Assembly (NCBI GenBank): GCA_951406725.2
Contig: OX597832.1
Location: forward strand, 15,686,001-15,750,000
Length of the DNA: 64,000 nucleotides
Direction: 5' to 3'
Origin: Octopus vulgaris
Lineage: Eukaryota
This document shows, piece by piece, positions 28,028-42,229 of this stretch (its first letter is position 1; the number at the start of each line of letters is the position of its first letter). The notes beneath the pieces were generated by a model. That model did not search any database. It was given only the letters and a program-made list of their open reading frames with translations, and had not been told where the DNA came from. A program made the translations under genes and the position numbers.

Positions 28028-30925
28028 CAACAATTATAACTAATATTAATAGTATTATTATTATGGTAGTGAGCATGTATAATCGTTAGAGTGACGACCT
28101 AAATACTTAGCGGTATTACATGTTCGACCAGAAATCGTAACAAATTATTTGAGAAATGGAAAGCGATTAATTTTATACCGAAACTTTTCATTGATTTTCC
28201 ACATAACCTTTGGATATATACTTAGTGAAATACAAGTAGTATAGCGTGAGTTAATGATATTATATATCGCAAATATTCTTCAATATCCAATTTTCTCTTT
28301 CCCCATGAAAATCTTTAATATGCCAACACAGACGTTCCTACTTCGATTTCTGTGCAACCTCTCTAGTTCTAAATAATTGAAAATTTGTCTATGGAAAGGC
28401 TATTTTATAAAGTACTTTTACAGTGGTAGAGAATTGCGTACAAGAAGGTGTCTTAGGAGAGTATGTTTGCAGCAAATATTGAAAGATAACAGAGCACCTC
28501 AATTGATAGTTTATTGTTTATACAGAATATTATTTGTTTGGTGCATAATTATTGCGGCTTTTTTTTCAACAAATTTTATTCAACAAAAACAATAACAATA
28601 TCTAAATAAAATATATTTCTTAAAATGGCAAGCAGTAATTAAGACAGATGGTAAATATGCTCCGGAAAGGTGTTTTTGTTACATGTTATTGTTTTTCTTG
28701 AATAAAATTTGTTAATAAATGACCGCAATAATTATGCACCAAACCAATAGTACATATATACTTATGTGTGTTTACTTGCATGTGTGCGTGTGTTGTTTGT
28801 GTGGTCTCTTTATTTATGTATATGTACATGTATACATACACATACATAAACTGTTAAATATACAGGTACATAATGTATCATGCATCAGTTCGTATTGAAA
28901 TTTACCCTTTTCCCTGGGACTTACCGCTATCAATAGAGGTTTATAATATGTGGAATGTATTCTAAATAACGTTTGACAAAATTTGCGTAAAGAGGATATA
29001 TTTAAACTCTTTTCACAGTTAAAACTTACACATTCTGCAAGAATCACATCGAAACCATACTAAATGGAGTTCATTGCTATCAATGTGAATTGGCAACTGG
29101 AAACTTATTTTCTATAGTTTAACTAAACAAGCGAGGAGCAGATATATGTAAACTTTAATGAAAATGCAGTTTTGACACACTTCAATGTATGAAGTCTATC
29201 TATGTATACAGATTATATAGAAAGTGTCGCCGCTTCTGAAGTTAATACATTCATGAATGAGCAAATATTATTATTAATATTATGTTTTCTTTTCTCTCGC
29301 TTAATAACTAGAAACATTTATAACATAATGGGCCCCCTATGACTATAATTGAAAATCAATAGACTGGGAAATATTTAAAACATCGCAGAACAAAATATGA
29401 GTAAACCACAGAGAGCAAAGTGTATTCAAATTTACTGAACAACTTCAAATACGTATTTTTAAATACAACCTTGTATATCCCTATGAGAAAATATAGACGC
29501 CATCTCACGGTGTTAATATCATATCAGCAGAATTATATTCTATTGAACATAAACTACACATGCTTCAACTAAATCATCAGAAGTAGTCATTTCACTAAAT
29601 ATCGTTCAGTCATTAACTCTTTGAAACATATCATGTGGAATGTTAATGTAATGTTTTGGAACATATTTATGCACATACAGGGCAATTATTTTTATAATTC
29701 CTAAATAAGCTGTTATGCCCAGTGGAAATTAAAAACCATGATAAAAATAAGTTATAAGATTCTCTCTTCTTTTAAGTTTTCATGATTTCCTAGACGTCAT
29801 ACATATAACTAAATGCAGTATTAAAATGACACCCTCTGAGATTTCTATTCTACTCACTCATAGATATTTGCCCAGTTTAGAAGCTATAGATTTGTTCAAA
29901 TACATTCTGTGTATGAGTGAACATTGAACTATAAATTCCTACAGTTAGCGTACGAAATCTACTGAATGAATACGTTTTCAGATTATAATTCACAGCTGCC
30001 TGGAGGTAGATAATTGTGATTCATGAGAAGGTGACGATATAAACTCATTAATCCTCCAGTACTAATCCTATCTGTCACTTTCTTCAGTGTTTAGAACGAA
30101 ATTATCTCTCATTCTGTACAACTTTCTAAAATAAGTTATAATCACATACTCACCTAAACGCGTCGCGCACTCATATATACAGCATATTCTATAGAAACAA
30201 CAGCTTATTATCGTATCACAAGATAGTTCCTTAGTTCTTTATATGAGTTGGCCTACTAGTTTGAGAAAACACTTTCGTGTAGAGTCATAATGTATATTTA
30301 TGTAAGTTTTCTTGGACATATATGACATAACACAAATACAGTGAATATTTACCTTTATACCAAAAATTCTATTCATACATGTCAAGCAGAAACGACAAAA
30401 TTGAAATATCCCCCTTTGATTAAATATTAATCAAAACATTATTTCAATAAATTGCTGATAGGATTAACCAAGGATTTCACCTATATTATAATCTCCTTCT
30501 TCATATCATAGCCAGATGCTACTGATGCATGTCATTACTTTACTTACCCGAAGAGGTCTCTAAAAATAGGTTACTAAAATCCCTTTTAATTAAAATCTGT
30601 TATCACAATGATCTGTTTAACGTGGGATGTTTCGTGAAAATGCATGCATAATTTCCTCTGAAGTGAAAGACAGCGTTAGGAAATTGTTTTCGAATATTTT
30701 ACGAATTTGAAGTCTCTTTCGTCTACGTTTAACTTTCATAGCTGGTATTCCATTGATATTCTCACAAACTTTATTCGCAATTATTAGTCATTATCAATGC
30801 AGCTTTAAGCGGTGATTAAGCTTCAATATCATAGAATTTCAAAAGAAAAATTATAATAAAAAATGTAATATGGGTAGCAGTAGTGTATACTAAATCATAT
30901 TGATATAGAAAACATAAAATATGTA

Positions 30926-31045
30926 GGCGCAGGAGTGGCTGCGTGGCACCTAGGGCAAGTGTTTTCTACTATAGCCTCGGGCCGACCAAAGCCTTGTGAG
31001 TGGATTTGGTAGGCGGAAACTGAAAGAAGCCCGTCGTATATATGT

Positions 31046-31094
<49 letters not shown>

Positions 31095-31313
31095 ATATAT
31101 ATATGCGTGTCTGTGTTTCTCCCCCTAGCATTGCTTGACAACCAATGCTGGTGTGTTTATGTCCCCGTTACTTAGCGGTTCGGCAAAAGAGACCGATAGA
31201 ATAAGTACTGGGCTTACAGAAGAATAAGTCTCGGGGTCGAGTTGCTCGATTAAAGGCGGTGCTCCAGCATGGCCGCAGTGAAATGACTGAAACAAGTAAA
31301 AGAGTAAAAGAGT
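30926..31313 (+). mobile_element. SINE family B with an internal head deletion
   Basis: GGCGCAGGAGTGGCTG joined directly to CGTGGCACCTAGGGCAAG; internal (TA)n; tail GGCGGTGCTCCAGCATGGCCGCAG..(GTAAAAGA)n; homologous to 45180 and 56376. Confidence 0.88.
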
Positions 31314-33094
31314 GACTTTACATCATTGTGTAATGCTATATCATGTATACAAAATTGTTCATAGAATCAAAAAATATTATTACGAGTACAGAGCACATGT
31401 GGTACAGAAAAGGTAGAGCTCTCACTATCATAATGATTTGAACTAACTAATGATAAAATTGGAAATCTACATTTTCACAAACATGTCACTCTTTCAGCAA
31501 ACAGCCAAAACGAAGCGGAATATCTATTGATAATCTTTATTATACTTCTTATAGAACACATTAAACTCAGATTTTCCATATGCAAAGATTCTCTACAGCT
31601 GTTTCCCAAAGAGTATGGTACTTCTACATCACAGGATGGTGGGCGAAACGCTGTAGAAATTCAAATGCATGATCCTCCGCTGCTATGGGATATAGACATT
31701 TAGAAAAAATACAGAGGCACAGTAAATCGTAAACATTTGCTAAGCTTACACTTAATCCAGCGAGAAAGAGAAATATAAGAGTAACTATAAAGGTTGTTTC
31801 TTAATCGTTTTCCCAGCTTCTTTTTAAAAACAATTTGTGTTTGCATCGCAAACGCAAATCGGTTTATTTTTTTCCACACTAAATATCGGTTTACGTTGTT
31901 CAGAGGATAGAAAAATTGGTATACAAAGGGAATTATAGATCCCTCGGAAATTCATTTCTATCGATATGTATAGAACATATGATTAAACCAAAATTCTAAT
32001 ACACAACCCTATGGAGACATCTTGACGTTCCGATCAGAAAGAGATTGTGGGATTCTTTTCATTAAGCACGGCTCAATATTATCCGGGAACCATTAAAAGT
32101 GCAACAACTATCAGGCGAAAAGAATGATTGCACTTGCATACAAAACCTAAAAGCTAGCATAAAAAACCAACTTGAAGAACTACATAAGTAAAGTTTAACA
32201 AAAAACTACACAATTCGAAAACAAATAAGGATTACACAAGTTCGGTTAGCAAAGAGAATATCGTTACTGATGCTGCAGCCAAAACTCGTAGTCACTCCTA
32301 ATGCTTCCAGCAATCAGTCCTACAATGGATGCTACTAATTCGACATAGCAAACATCATAAGAAGCAAAATGTATATACAGATCTTTTAGAAATAATTACA
32401 AAATGCACAAGCACACAAACACGCAAGAACACACACACACACAAACACACATGCATACACGAGTAAGTATACAAGCAGAAACGTGCAAGCACAAACACGC
32501 AAATACATATAGAACTACAAGTGTCCGAGCTCAAAGATACATACGCGAGCACTCGTTCAAGCACAAGCGTTTTTTTAAAACAAACAACTATTTTAATAAA
32601 GAGATCTGCGAACCACATTAACTTACAATATAGTAAAAGATGCTACCGGTTTCATTCACTCAGAAAATAAGGCTAATCATAAAAAAAAAGCAAAACTGAA
32701 ATTATCGTCACTTACTTAAATATTGAGGAGATACTAAATGTACCTCTGAGTCAATGTGACGATAAAAAAAAACAGTACTCTACATTCTACCAAAACGCCA
32801 AGGTCCAACATTGGGTCACCTTCATTTCCACATTTCGTGCAAGTACTCAAAGAACCCAAACTCAGACAGGTACACGTCTACGTCGTCATTAATGAAGCAT
32901 CCCCAGAACTAAATAGGAAAGATACACATGTGTCATACGCCAATACACACAATTTATATAGTTACACAAACCCATACTCATACTCAAATAAATATACACA
33001 CGCAATACAGAGATACACACATACACACACATAGAGACGCTCAAAAACACATGGATATACAGAATACATACATACCATGTTGCACAAACACACA

Positions 33095-33187
<93 letters not shown>

Positions 33188-34493
33188 GCGTACACATATA
33201 CACATACATTTCTTCAAACAAATGTGTATGGGGACGGCACCTGAGGCAAGAGCATGCGCAGAAAGAACAGGGGGCAGTTCTGAGAACAGACTATTGAAAT
33301 CTTTTGAAACGTTTGCATGGCGTAACGAAAAGTTTACTAAAAATAAATAAGTTAATAGACAGGTGAGTGAGATAAATTGATAAGGCACTAAAAATGTTAA
33401 CTGTTCCCAAACACAAGGATATATATTGATATATATGTATACATACAGACACAAACACACACACACACATATATGTGTGTGTGTGTGTGTATTAAGTTCA
33501 AACATTTGTTCTGCAAGATTCCTGATGCTATTTCTCGGGACGGTCATTGTTTCTTCGTTGTTTTTTCATTGCCAAATAAAGTCACGCACAATGTATTCAT
33601 TCTTCACTTGTTTATTATCGTCCTTATTTCCGCCAATTGTCTTCAAATACTTTGTAACACACCTGAGGCCTCCAAGCGAGTCTCCGTCTCACACATCTCC
33701 TCCCATTCTGTTTAGTCCATTTTGTGTTTCTATTGTGTATATTCTTATCTGCGCATGCGTTTGTGTAAACGTGTCTGTGTGTGTTATATGTCTTACATGT
33801 GATTATATATGGTTTTACTTGCAGTACTGTTGATTTCTCCGTTATTTATATAGACATTTTCATTGATTGATTAATTTATCCTCCCATCCTTTGCCATTTC
33901 ACTTTACGTATAATATGGGTACCTTTTGTGTACGTGTATGGTTTTGGCATCCTACTGATGGTATCTGTGTCTTTTTTTCTTTTTCTCACATATTAAGATA
34001 CACACACACATATTCACATATATATCACTAAGTAGGAGGCAAATACGGAAATAATCACCAGCGGGGAGAGAGCATTAGATACAGTGATTTAGACATTGCA
34101 TGGTCTTAAAAATGTCCGACGGTCGACATTGGAAAATAGTAGCCTGGTATCTCTGTCAACGATATACGAAATACAGATGCCAAAATAGGATACTTAGTGG
34201 CTTGTTAAGAAATATTCATTACGACAAATGTAGTCTTCGTACATCACGTAATATTTATCCTGACTTAAGAACAGTTGAGGGAGATAAAATAAGAGAAAAT
34301 GTGATATGGCCTTTTAGCGCAAAATGTAGATTGGTGGGTATGATTTGTTACTCCGCTACTCCACTAGCGCTAATTCGAAGAGTGTATTTCACACCACAGG
34401 CCTATATGTTAATGCCTATGATGGTAACTATGATGTGTCCTAAAAGAAAATCCACGTTGAAGCAGGAAAAAATACTGCGTCTATCGTTAATAA

Positions 34494-34602
<109 letters not shown>

Positions 34603-34664
34603 TACGTATATATATGTGTATATATATATGTATATATATATATACATATACACGTATATTTATG

Positions 34665-34702
<38 letters not shown>

Positions 34703-34887
34703 CCTATATATATATATACCTATATATATATATATATATACATGTCCGTATGTTTACATCTATATACACATATATGTATGCATATATGCTCACATATTTA
34801 CGTATGTATATAATTGTGTGTGTATATATATATATGTATATATGTATAAAACTATGTGCAATATATATATATATATATATATATATA

Positions 34888-35084
34888 GGTCCCGGGTTGA
34901 TTCGGGGTTAACCACAGTAAGTAAGGTACAATACATAGCAGAGTAAAATTAATTTATTATATAGAAGGAGCTTTACAGGACTAGTACTGTTTCATTCAAG
35001 AGAAATCTTCAGGAAGCTTCAGAATGCTTCTGAAATTTCTCTTGAATGAAACAGTACTAGTCCTGTAGAAACTCCTTCTATATA

Positions 35085-35090
<6 letters not shown>
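34888..35090. mobile_element. fold-back mini-element with hammerhead-like cores (inverted PLE pLTR-like)
   Basis: Inverted arms 34952-35012 and ~35030-35090; minus arm CTGAAGA-TTTCTCTTGAAT-GAAA-CAGTACTAG-TC; AATAAA in each arm; embedded in (TA)n. Confidence 0.75.
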
Positions 35091-35125
<35 letters not shown>

Positions 35126-35200
35126 ATATATATACATATATACGTATATATGTGTGTATACATATATGTATATATATATATATACATATACACGTATATT

Positions 35201-35311
<111 letters not shown>

Positions 35312-35386
35312 GTATGTATACATCTATATACACATATATGTATGCATATATGCTCACATATTTACGTATGTATATAATTGTGTGTA

Positions 35387-35417
<31 letters not shown>

Positions 35418-36010
35418 AAAACTATGTGCTATATATATATATATATATATAAATACATAAATAGCGGGAGTGTAGCAGTTTATATTTGTTTTCTCCTTTT
35501 ACTTGGCCACTAATCATATACAAAATATATATGTTGATATTCATGATATAATTTATGGATCTAATATGCTATAACAAAATATATCTTGAAAAAAGCTCAA
35601 TTAACCTCGATGTCTTCATCTGAAGGATGTTATTCTTGTAATAATGTATATTGAAAAATAAAATACTAACAAAGCTGACCTTTAATAGCTTGTTAATTAG
35701 AGAGAAGTTATTTATTTGCAAGTCTAGAAATAGAAGTTTATCATTAAATGAAACACATTATCGGTTTTAGATAACACATCAATCAAACATACTCACCAGA
35801 CGAATAAAGAATAAGCCATGAACAAGTCCGTACATACATCAACCAACTTTTCTCTTTCGTTCACTTTTTCACTGTTTCTTACTTTCACCCTCTCCCTCCC
35901 TTCTCTCTCTTTCTCTGTCCCCTCTCTCTGTCTCTCTCTCTCTCTGTACAGACACACACACACACAAGTACACACACATATACATATGTTATCACACAAT
36001 TTGCAAAAGG

Positions 36011-36063
<53 letters not shown>

Positions 36064-36068
<5 letters not shown>

Positions 36069-36371
36069 CGTCACCGTGACCGACCAGGCTATCAGATGTT
36101 ATTACACATCGCTAGTCACAATGCGCTTCGCATTGTTTTAGCCTTCAAGTGACGCCATCCAGCTGGCTAAGCGAGCAAGGCAACAGAAGAAAGAATGAGA
36201 GAAAGTTGTGGCGAAATAGTATAGCAGGGATCGCCACCACCCCCTGCCGGAGCCTCGTGGAGCTTTAGGTGTTTTCAGTCAATAAACACTCACAACGCCC
36301 GGTCTGGAAATCGAAACCACGATCCTACGACCGCGAGTCCGCTGCCCTAACCACTAGGCCATTGCGCCTTC
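36064..36371 (-). mobile_element. SINE family A, tail 3
   Basis: Reverse complement of the family A head (GGCGCAATGGCCTAGTGGTTAGGGCAGCGGACTCGCGG) with a tail ending ACATCTGATAGCCTGGTCGGTCACGGTGA; in (TA)n. Confidence 0.88.
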
Positions 36372-37534
36372 ACATATATATACATATATGCACCTTTGGC
36401 ATATTGTGTGATAACATGAAACATCAATGAATATATTATACATTTCTGGACCTGGCCCGTCATTTTCATTATCAGGGAGATAAATATATTATATAAAATA
36501 ATTAAGTTATATCTCTAATCCAACAATTAAACTTCGATTTCGCTTTATATAATACACATATCACAACAATAATTATAGGTGGAATAATTGAATACAGTCT
36601 AGCAAAAAATTAATAAACGCATTAAAACCAAAAGTCAAAACAAACAAAATACTGAACTGTTGAGTGTTCTGTAACGAATTTATTTCTTGTCCTACAGCCA
36701 CGCTCTCTACTATTTATTTATTAGTTTGGCTTTCTATTTCCTAACAATTAAATCTGGTACTTCACAATGACTATGTTGTGAATTACTTTCTCTAAACTGC
36801 ATCATAGTAGTCACCTACACGTTCATAAAATGGTAACTGATTAATTTTTTAAATTATGTTCTCTTTTGTTGCAGGCAAGAAAAAAATCCTTCATCAGTGA
36901 TTTTTGATTATCAGCGACTGTGTTGGGTTGCCGTCAAACTGTTATAAAATTATGTGTAGCGATCGTACTCAAGATCTCGCCCCCACCTCTTCAGTAACGC
37001 AAACGAGTGGAGAAACATGAAGTAATATGATATATGAATTCACATATTTATCAGTTGTTGTGCAGCTAGTTTATTTTATGCGGGTACATAAAGCTTCTCG
37101 TCTTTCCTAAATGTATATGTAATCATGCATATACATAAACAATAAACAGATATCTCGGAACTTTTGTCCATTTTCAAACAGAATTTGAATATACTGTGAC
37201 TTAAACTTATAAGGTATCTTTTCTAGTAGATTGCATATCCACTCATATAAAATCATAACTGCTCTTCACTGTTGAATTTCGTATGTCGTGAAATGCAGTA
37301 TATAACTCTCAATGAAAAGAGCTCATTTACAGCAGAAAGAGAGAGACAGACAGAGAAAGAAACAAAGACAGACAGAAATTGAAAGAGGCAGAAAAAGAGA
37401 GAGAGAGTAGTTGTAGTAGTGTATATTTCTCGGGAGAGACAATTGAGATAAAGCAACTGAAGTATATATGCAGTCAATTTATGCGTTCATTTCTCCCTCT
37501 CTCCTCTCTCTGTCGCTTTTCCTCTCTCTCTCTG

Positions 37535-37591
<57 letters not shown>

Positions 37592-37599
37592 AGAGAGAT

Positions 37600-37919
<320 letters not shown>

Positions 37920-39518
37920 TGTATATACAGGTGTTTGTGTGCACGTGTGTGTTAGTGTGTGTGTGCGTGAATAACTTTGAAATTTATACTATACATTCTG
38001 GAATTTATGAAAGACGTACTATACATGTAATATCTAAATGAATTCCAATAATAATTTCCCATTACCATTCGGTACATCTGTGACCTTTTATAATGCATGC
38101 AACTTAAGGATCCGTGATTAGTTATTCCCTCAAAATAGTTTTATGTGTCTTCAACATTTCGTCCGCATTATTTATAACTATTATATTTGAATGGTATGTG
38201 TAGAATCTGATATCAAAATATTGTGAGAAATTGGATTTTTTTTTATATATTACGAAAGATGAAATTTCACAATTTTCTGTTGAGGCGACATACGAATGTG
38301 ATATACATCAAATGATTTCCAATGTGTAATTATTCCCAGATATATAACGCAAGATATATTATATAAGCACTTTTTCGTGCTTAGGGAACTTATCAAATAT
38401 GTATTTATTTGTTTTCCCGTTCATTTCAAATATGTATTCATGATTAATGTCTGTTTTCGAAATGTCAATTTATATTACAAATGATATCATACCTAGAAAA
38501 TAGAAAATATAAGTAGAACCAAAAACCAAAGAATATTGAATAATATTCCCACGTTACAACAGTTTTATTTGAAGGTACTGAACGAAAGATTTGTTGCATA
38601 ATTTGTAAGAAATAGAATTTTTACGCTTGGTTATCATGTCTATCAACGTACCCCTCCATCAAATACACTGACGTTATATATCAACACTCATATTACAATC
38701 AATATACATCACTACACAGTAAATTTCCAGACCGATTTCTTCGTTACACAACAATAACTATGCCAACATATACTTGAATAATTTCTGTTTTCTACATAGA
38801 ATTCTCGTGTTCATTATATACGAACAAGAATAGATATTCAATTATATGTTATGTAACTGAATTCTTCCGAAAAGTTAGTGAATAAAGTTATAGAAAATTG
38901 TTATATTTGGCTTCATGAAAAATATAGGGAGAAATTATTTATAGAGACAATATTTTTCAATATTTTGTAATGTGGATATAATATATGTACTTGCTATTCT
39001 ATAATAATTAGACACACCTGAATAGGATATTATGATGCATGCTTTAATTGCAGTGTGGAATCGTGAATGGTTTGTGATGATAATTGCTTACCGAAACAGG
39101 AAAACTTGTATCTCTCTAATTATATACCAATTAATAATTCACCAGTTACAAACAAAATAATAGGAATAAATAAGTACTTTATTTAATCAAAAACTGTTCA
39201 CTCACCTAGATTTTCTTTAAAATATGTATATTTATACGAATTAATAAATACATACAGTCGTACGTAGGAAGTGAAGGCTCCTATATAAGAGAACATAGAT
39301 ATACACGCTCCTGCATGTGCAGAGATGCAATCTCACATTTATTGATTCGAAACATTCATACGTAATCATGGATGTATATAGGCATGAATATATTTTCACA
39401 TACGACAAGATTGTTTAATTCGAAGGATCTTGGACAATAATACCAGAGAGAATAACCCGTTTGTGATAACCTCGCCTGGCATCTACGCCTGCAGAACGCG
39501 AAATCGACAGTAAGTAAG

Positions 39519-39565
39519 CGTGATATCAGTGACATGACTAGAGAAGTCATGTCACTGACGTCACG
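39519..39565. other. 21-bp hairpin carrying a CRE palindrome with an overlapping E-box
   Basis: CGTGATATCAGTGACATGACT-AGAGA-AGTCATGTCACTGACGTCACG; TGACGTCA overlaps CACGTG. The structure is seen directly; function is unknown. Confidence 0.6.
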
Positions 39566-40559
39566 TGTAAGGTGAAGAGGGAAGGTCATTCTGCCGTTTT
39601 CCTTAGGCTAGGATTATAAGGCAGTTTTCTTATACCACATGTCTGGAGGTGAAAGAGGTTACATGGTAGACGAAAGGACTGAAAGTACCGAAGATATATT
39701 TAGATACCATAGATGAAAGTTTTGAAATATATGTTTGTGCTTATGTTGTATCACATTGTTTTTTCCTTTTTTCATATAAAAAATCCCTACTGGGTCTCGA
39801 ACATTTGTCTGCTGTAGTCGCGCAGAGTAACTCACTTAGTGCTGAGAATTGTTTTGACTACATCTCTCTTTAGGAACGATAGAAAGATTTATGTACCCAC
39901 ATATATATATACTTGTGTATCATGTGGTACCAAAATACGTGAGTAAGAATTAACTAAGTGCACGACAACAGATAAATAAGTGTAGTCATATATCACATTA
40001 TTTAATTTTTATATTTCTCTCGTTTGAATTTGAAAACGTATGAATTACTCGTAAACTGTGAATTTCTCGAGTGTGTTTTGCCAACTCATAAATATATAAT
40101 AATATTGCGTGTTAATTTATGAAATAATTATATAAGTTCACGTTTTAATATACAGCCACGTCAAAACATTTTGAGAAAGATGAAGCATTAATGAACAGGA
40201 GAAAATGCTGACTATCTCAATGGTGCAAAGTCGTTACCTGATTCACGTATGTGTATTGTCATAAGAATTCCGTACGAATTCGTTGATTACGCTTGTGAAT
40301 TTTTCTAGTCCATATCGAATGCAAAATAAAGGATTATTTTCACACCAATCCCTCTGTCTTAAAAAACAACGGAGCACCAAATTTAAAATCGACAACTGAA
40401 TTGAGAACACGAACTGGCATGATAACATTTATAGAATTTTCCATACAAGAATGACACACTAAAAATATGCAATACAATAATCCCTCATCTTTTCGAGATT
40501 CACCTATCACGGCTTATTATCTAAGCTTATGTCGATTCCTATGCGGTGTTGTTTTGCAT

Positions 40560-40611
<52 letters not shown>

Positions 40612-41679
40612 AAATAATTAAACAATATACAATACTGTTGTTTCTAGTTGGTGGATGTTCGGCTATCGCCGGGCGTTTTGGAACGTAACACCCGCAATAG
40701 TCAAGGGATTACTGTATATCTGTGTTACATTGTTTAGGCAATTGTAATTGTAGCTCTGATTTTATCAACATATTGGACCCCCAAATATGTACAGATTGGA
40801 TATTTTCAGAATTATTCAATATATTATTACTATTCTAATTCCGAATAATATTGCACACGATATATATTTTCCCTATAAGTACGGTTGGGCGTCACAGTCA
40901 GACTGCAATACTTGCCTTAAAATACAACAAATAAAACGAGTTGAATTGCAATTGTTCTTCTTGTTGGGTGCACCTCTTTCCGGTAGAAATTATTGTCAGT
41001 TAAGTATGTCATATTACGTATCATAATAGTGGAAAATTTATAGAGAAATCATATTTTAATATTTCTTCAATCGAATTTGGTTCATCCTCGTTGGAGATTC
41101 AGTGTCCGTGCACATCATGTAGCCAGTGGGCGTTAGGAGGAAACCCTGGATCACACATTAAGATTGCCAAAAACCGCAAATCATATTGTAGGTCATGAAA
41201 TACGCTTGCATCTATCACGTAATAGATATACATACACATGTATATATGTGTGAGCGCATGTGTACGCACGCGCGCGTGTCTGTGTGCTTGTATGAGTATG
41301 TATAGACACACAGATATAGGTTTTCTATTTGTAGGATTAATTCTACCGAATATCAATCTCAAATATCTTATCCCCGTGAAGTTTGTGATACATACAACTG
41401 TAGAAGTCGTGCGGGAATTTTGTATTCGATACATCCATAATTTTATATCTACGTGGATATGGTGTAAGGAAATGATAGTATGTTGTGGATTAAAACAAGA
41501 GTACATGCAATCCGAGAATGAATATACAGTTAATAATAAGAATAAGATTCAAACGGTGTAATTAAACTATATAGCTCGTAATTAGCGTCGTGATGCTAAT
41601 TATAAATATGATAGTAATCATTAAAACCATAATTAAAGGGGAATAGACTAGATAAAAGTAAAATAATATTCATTAATTA

Positions 41680-42211
41680 AAGGCGGCGAAATGCTTAGCG
41701 GTATTTCGTCTGCCGCTACGTTCTGAGTTCGAATTCCGTCACTTGCCATTTGTCCTTTCGGGCTCGATAATTTGAGTACCTGTTCCTTACTAGGGTCGTC
41801 CTAATCAAAGGGCCCTCCTCCCCATCAATCTCGGGATTTGCGCCTAGATTAGAAGAGTACATTCAATATCTATAATGCGGTGAGCTGCCAGAAACGTTAG
41901 CATACTGGGAGAAATAATTAGCGGTATCTCGTCTGTGTTAACGTTCTGAGTTCAAATTCAGCCGTGGTCGACTTTGTGTTTTATCTCTTTGGGTTCGATA
42001 AATCGTGTACCAGTTGCGTACGAATGTCGACCTAATCGACTGGACACCCTCCCCAGAAATCTCGGCCCAGATTAGTAAAGAATGTCCAAAATATATAAAG
42101 TGGCAAGCAGGAAGAAACGTTAGTATATTGAGCGAAAGGCTTAGCCGTATTTCGTCTGTCTTTACATTGTCAGTTCAAATTCCACCTAAGTCGACTTTGC
42201 CTTTCATCCTT
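41680..42211 (+). mobile_element. cluster of three head-to-tail SINE family C copies
   Basis: Repeated TTAGCGGTATTTCGTCTG..GTTCAAATTC..GTCGACTTTG units at ~41680, ~41875 and ~42100. Confidence 0.85.
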
Positions 42212-42229
42212 TATAATCATTATATGACT

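Noticed and set aside
29553-29588. Hammerhead on minus (CTGATGA..GAAGCATG); similar lone CTGANGA hits at ~12.15, 13.35, 16.31, 24.83 and 36.89 kb
   Set aside because: GAAA box and/or stems are missing; expected by chance.
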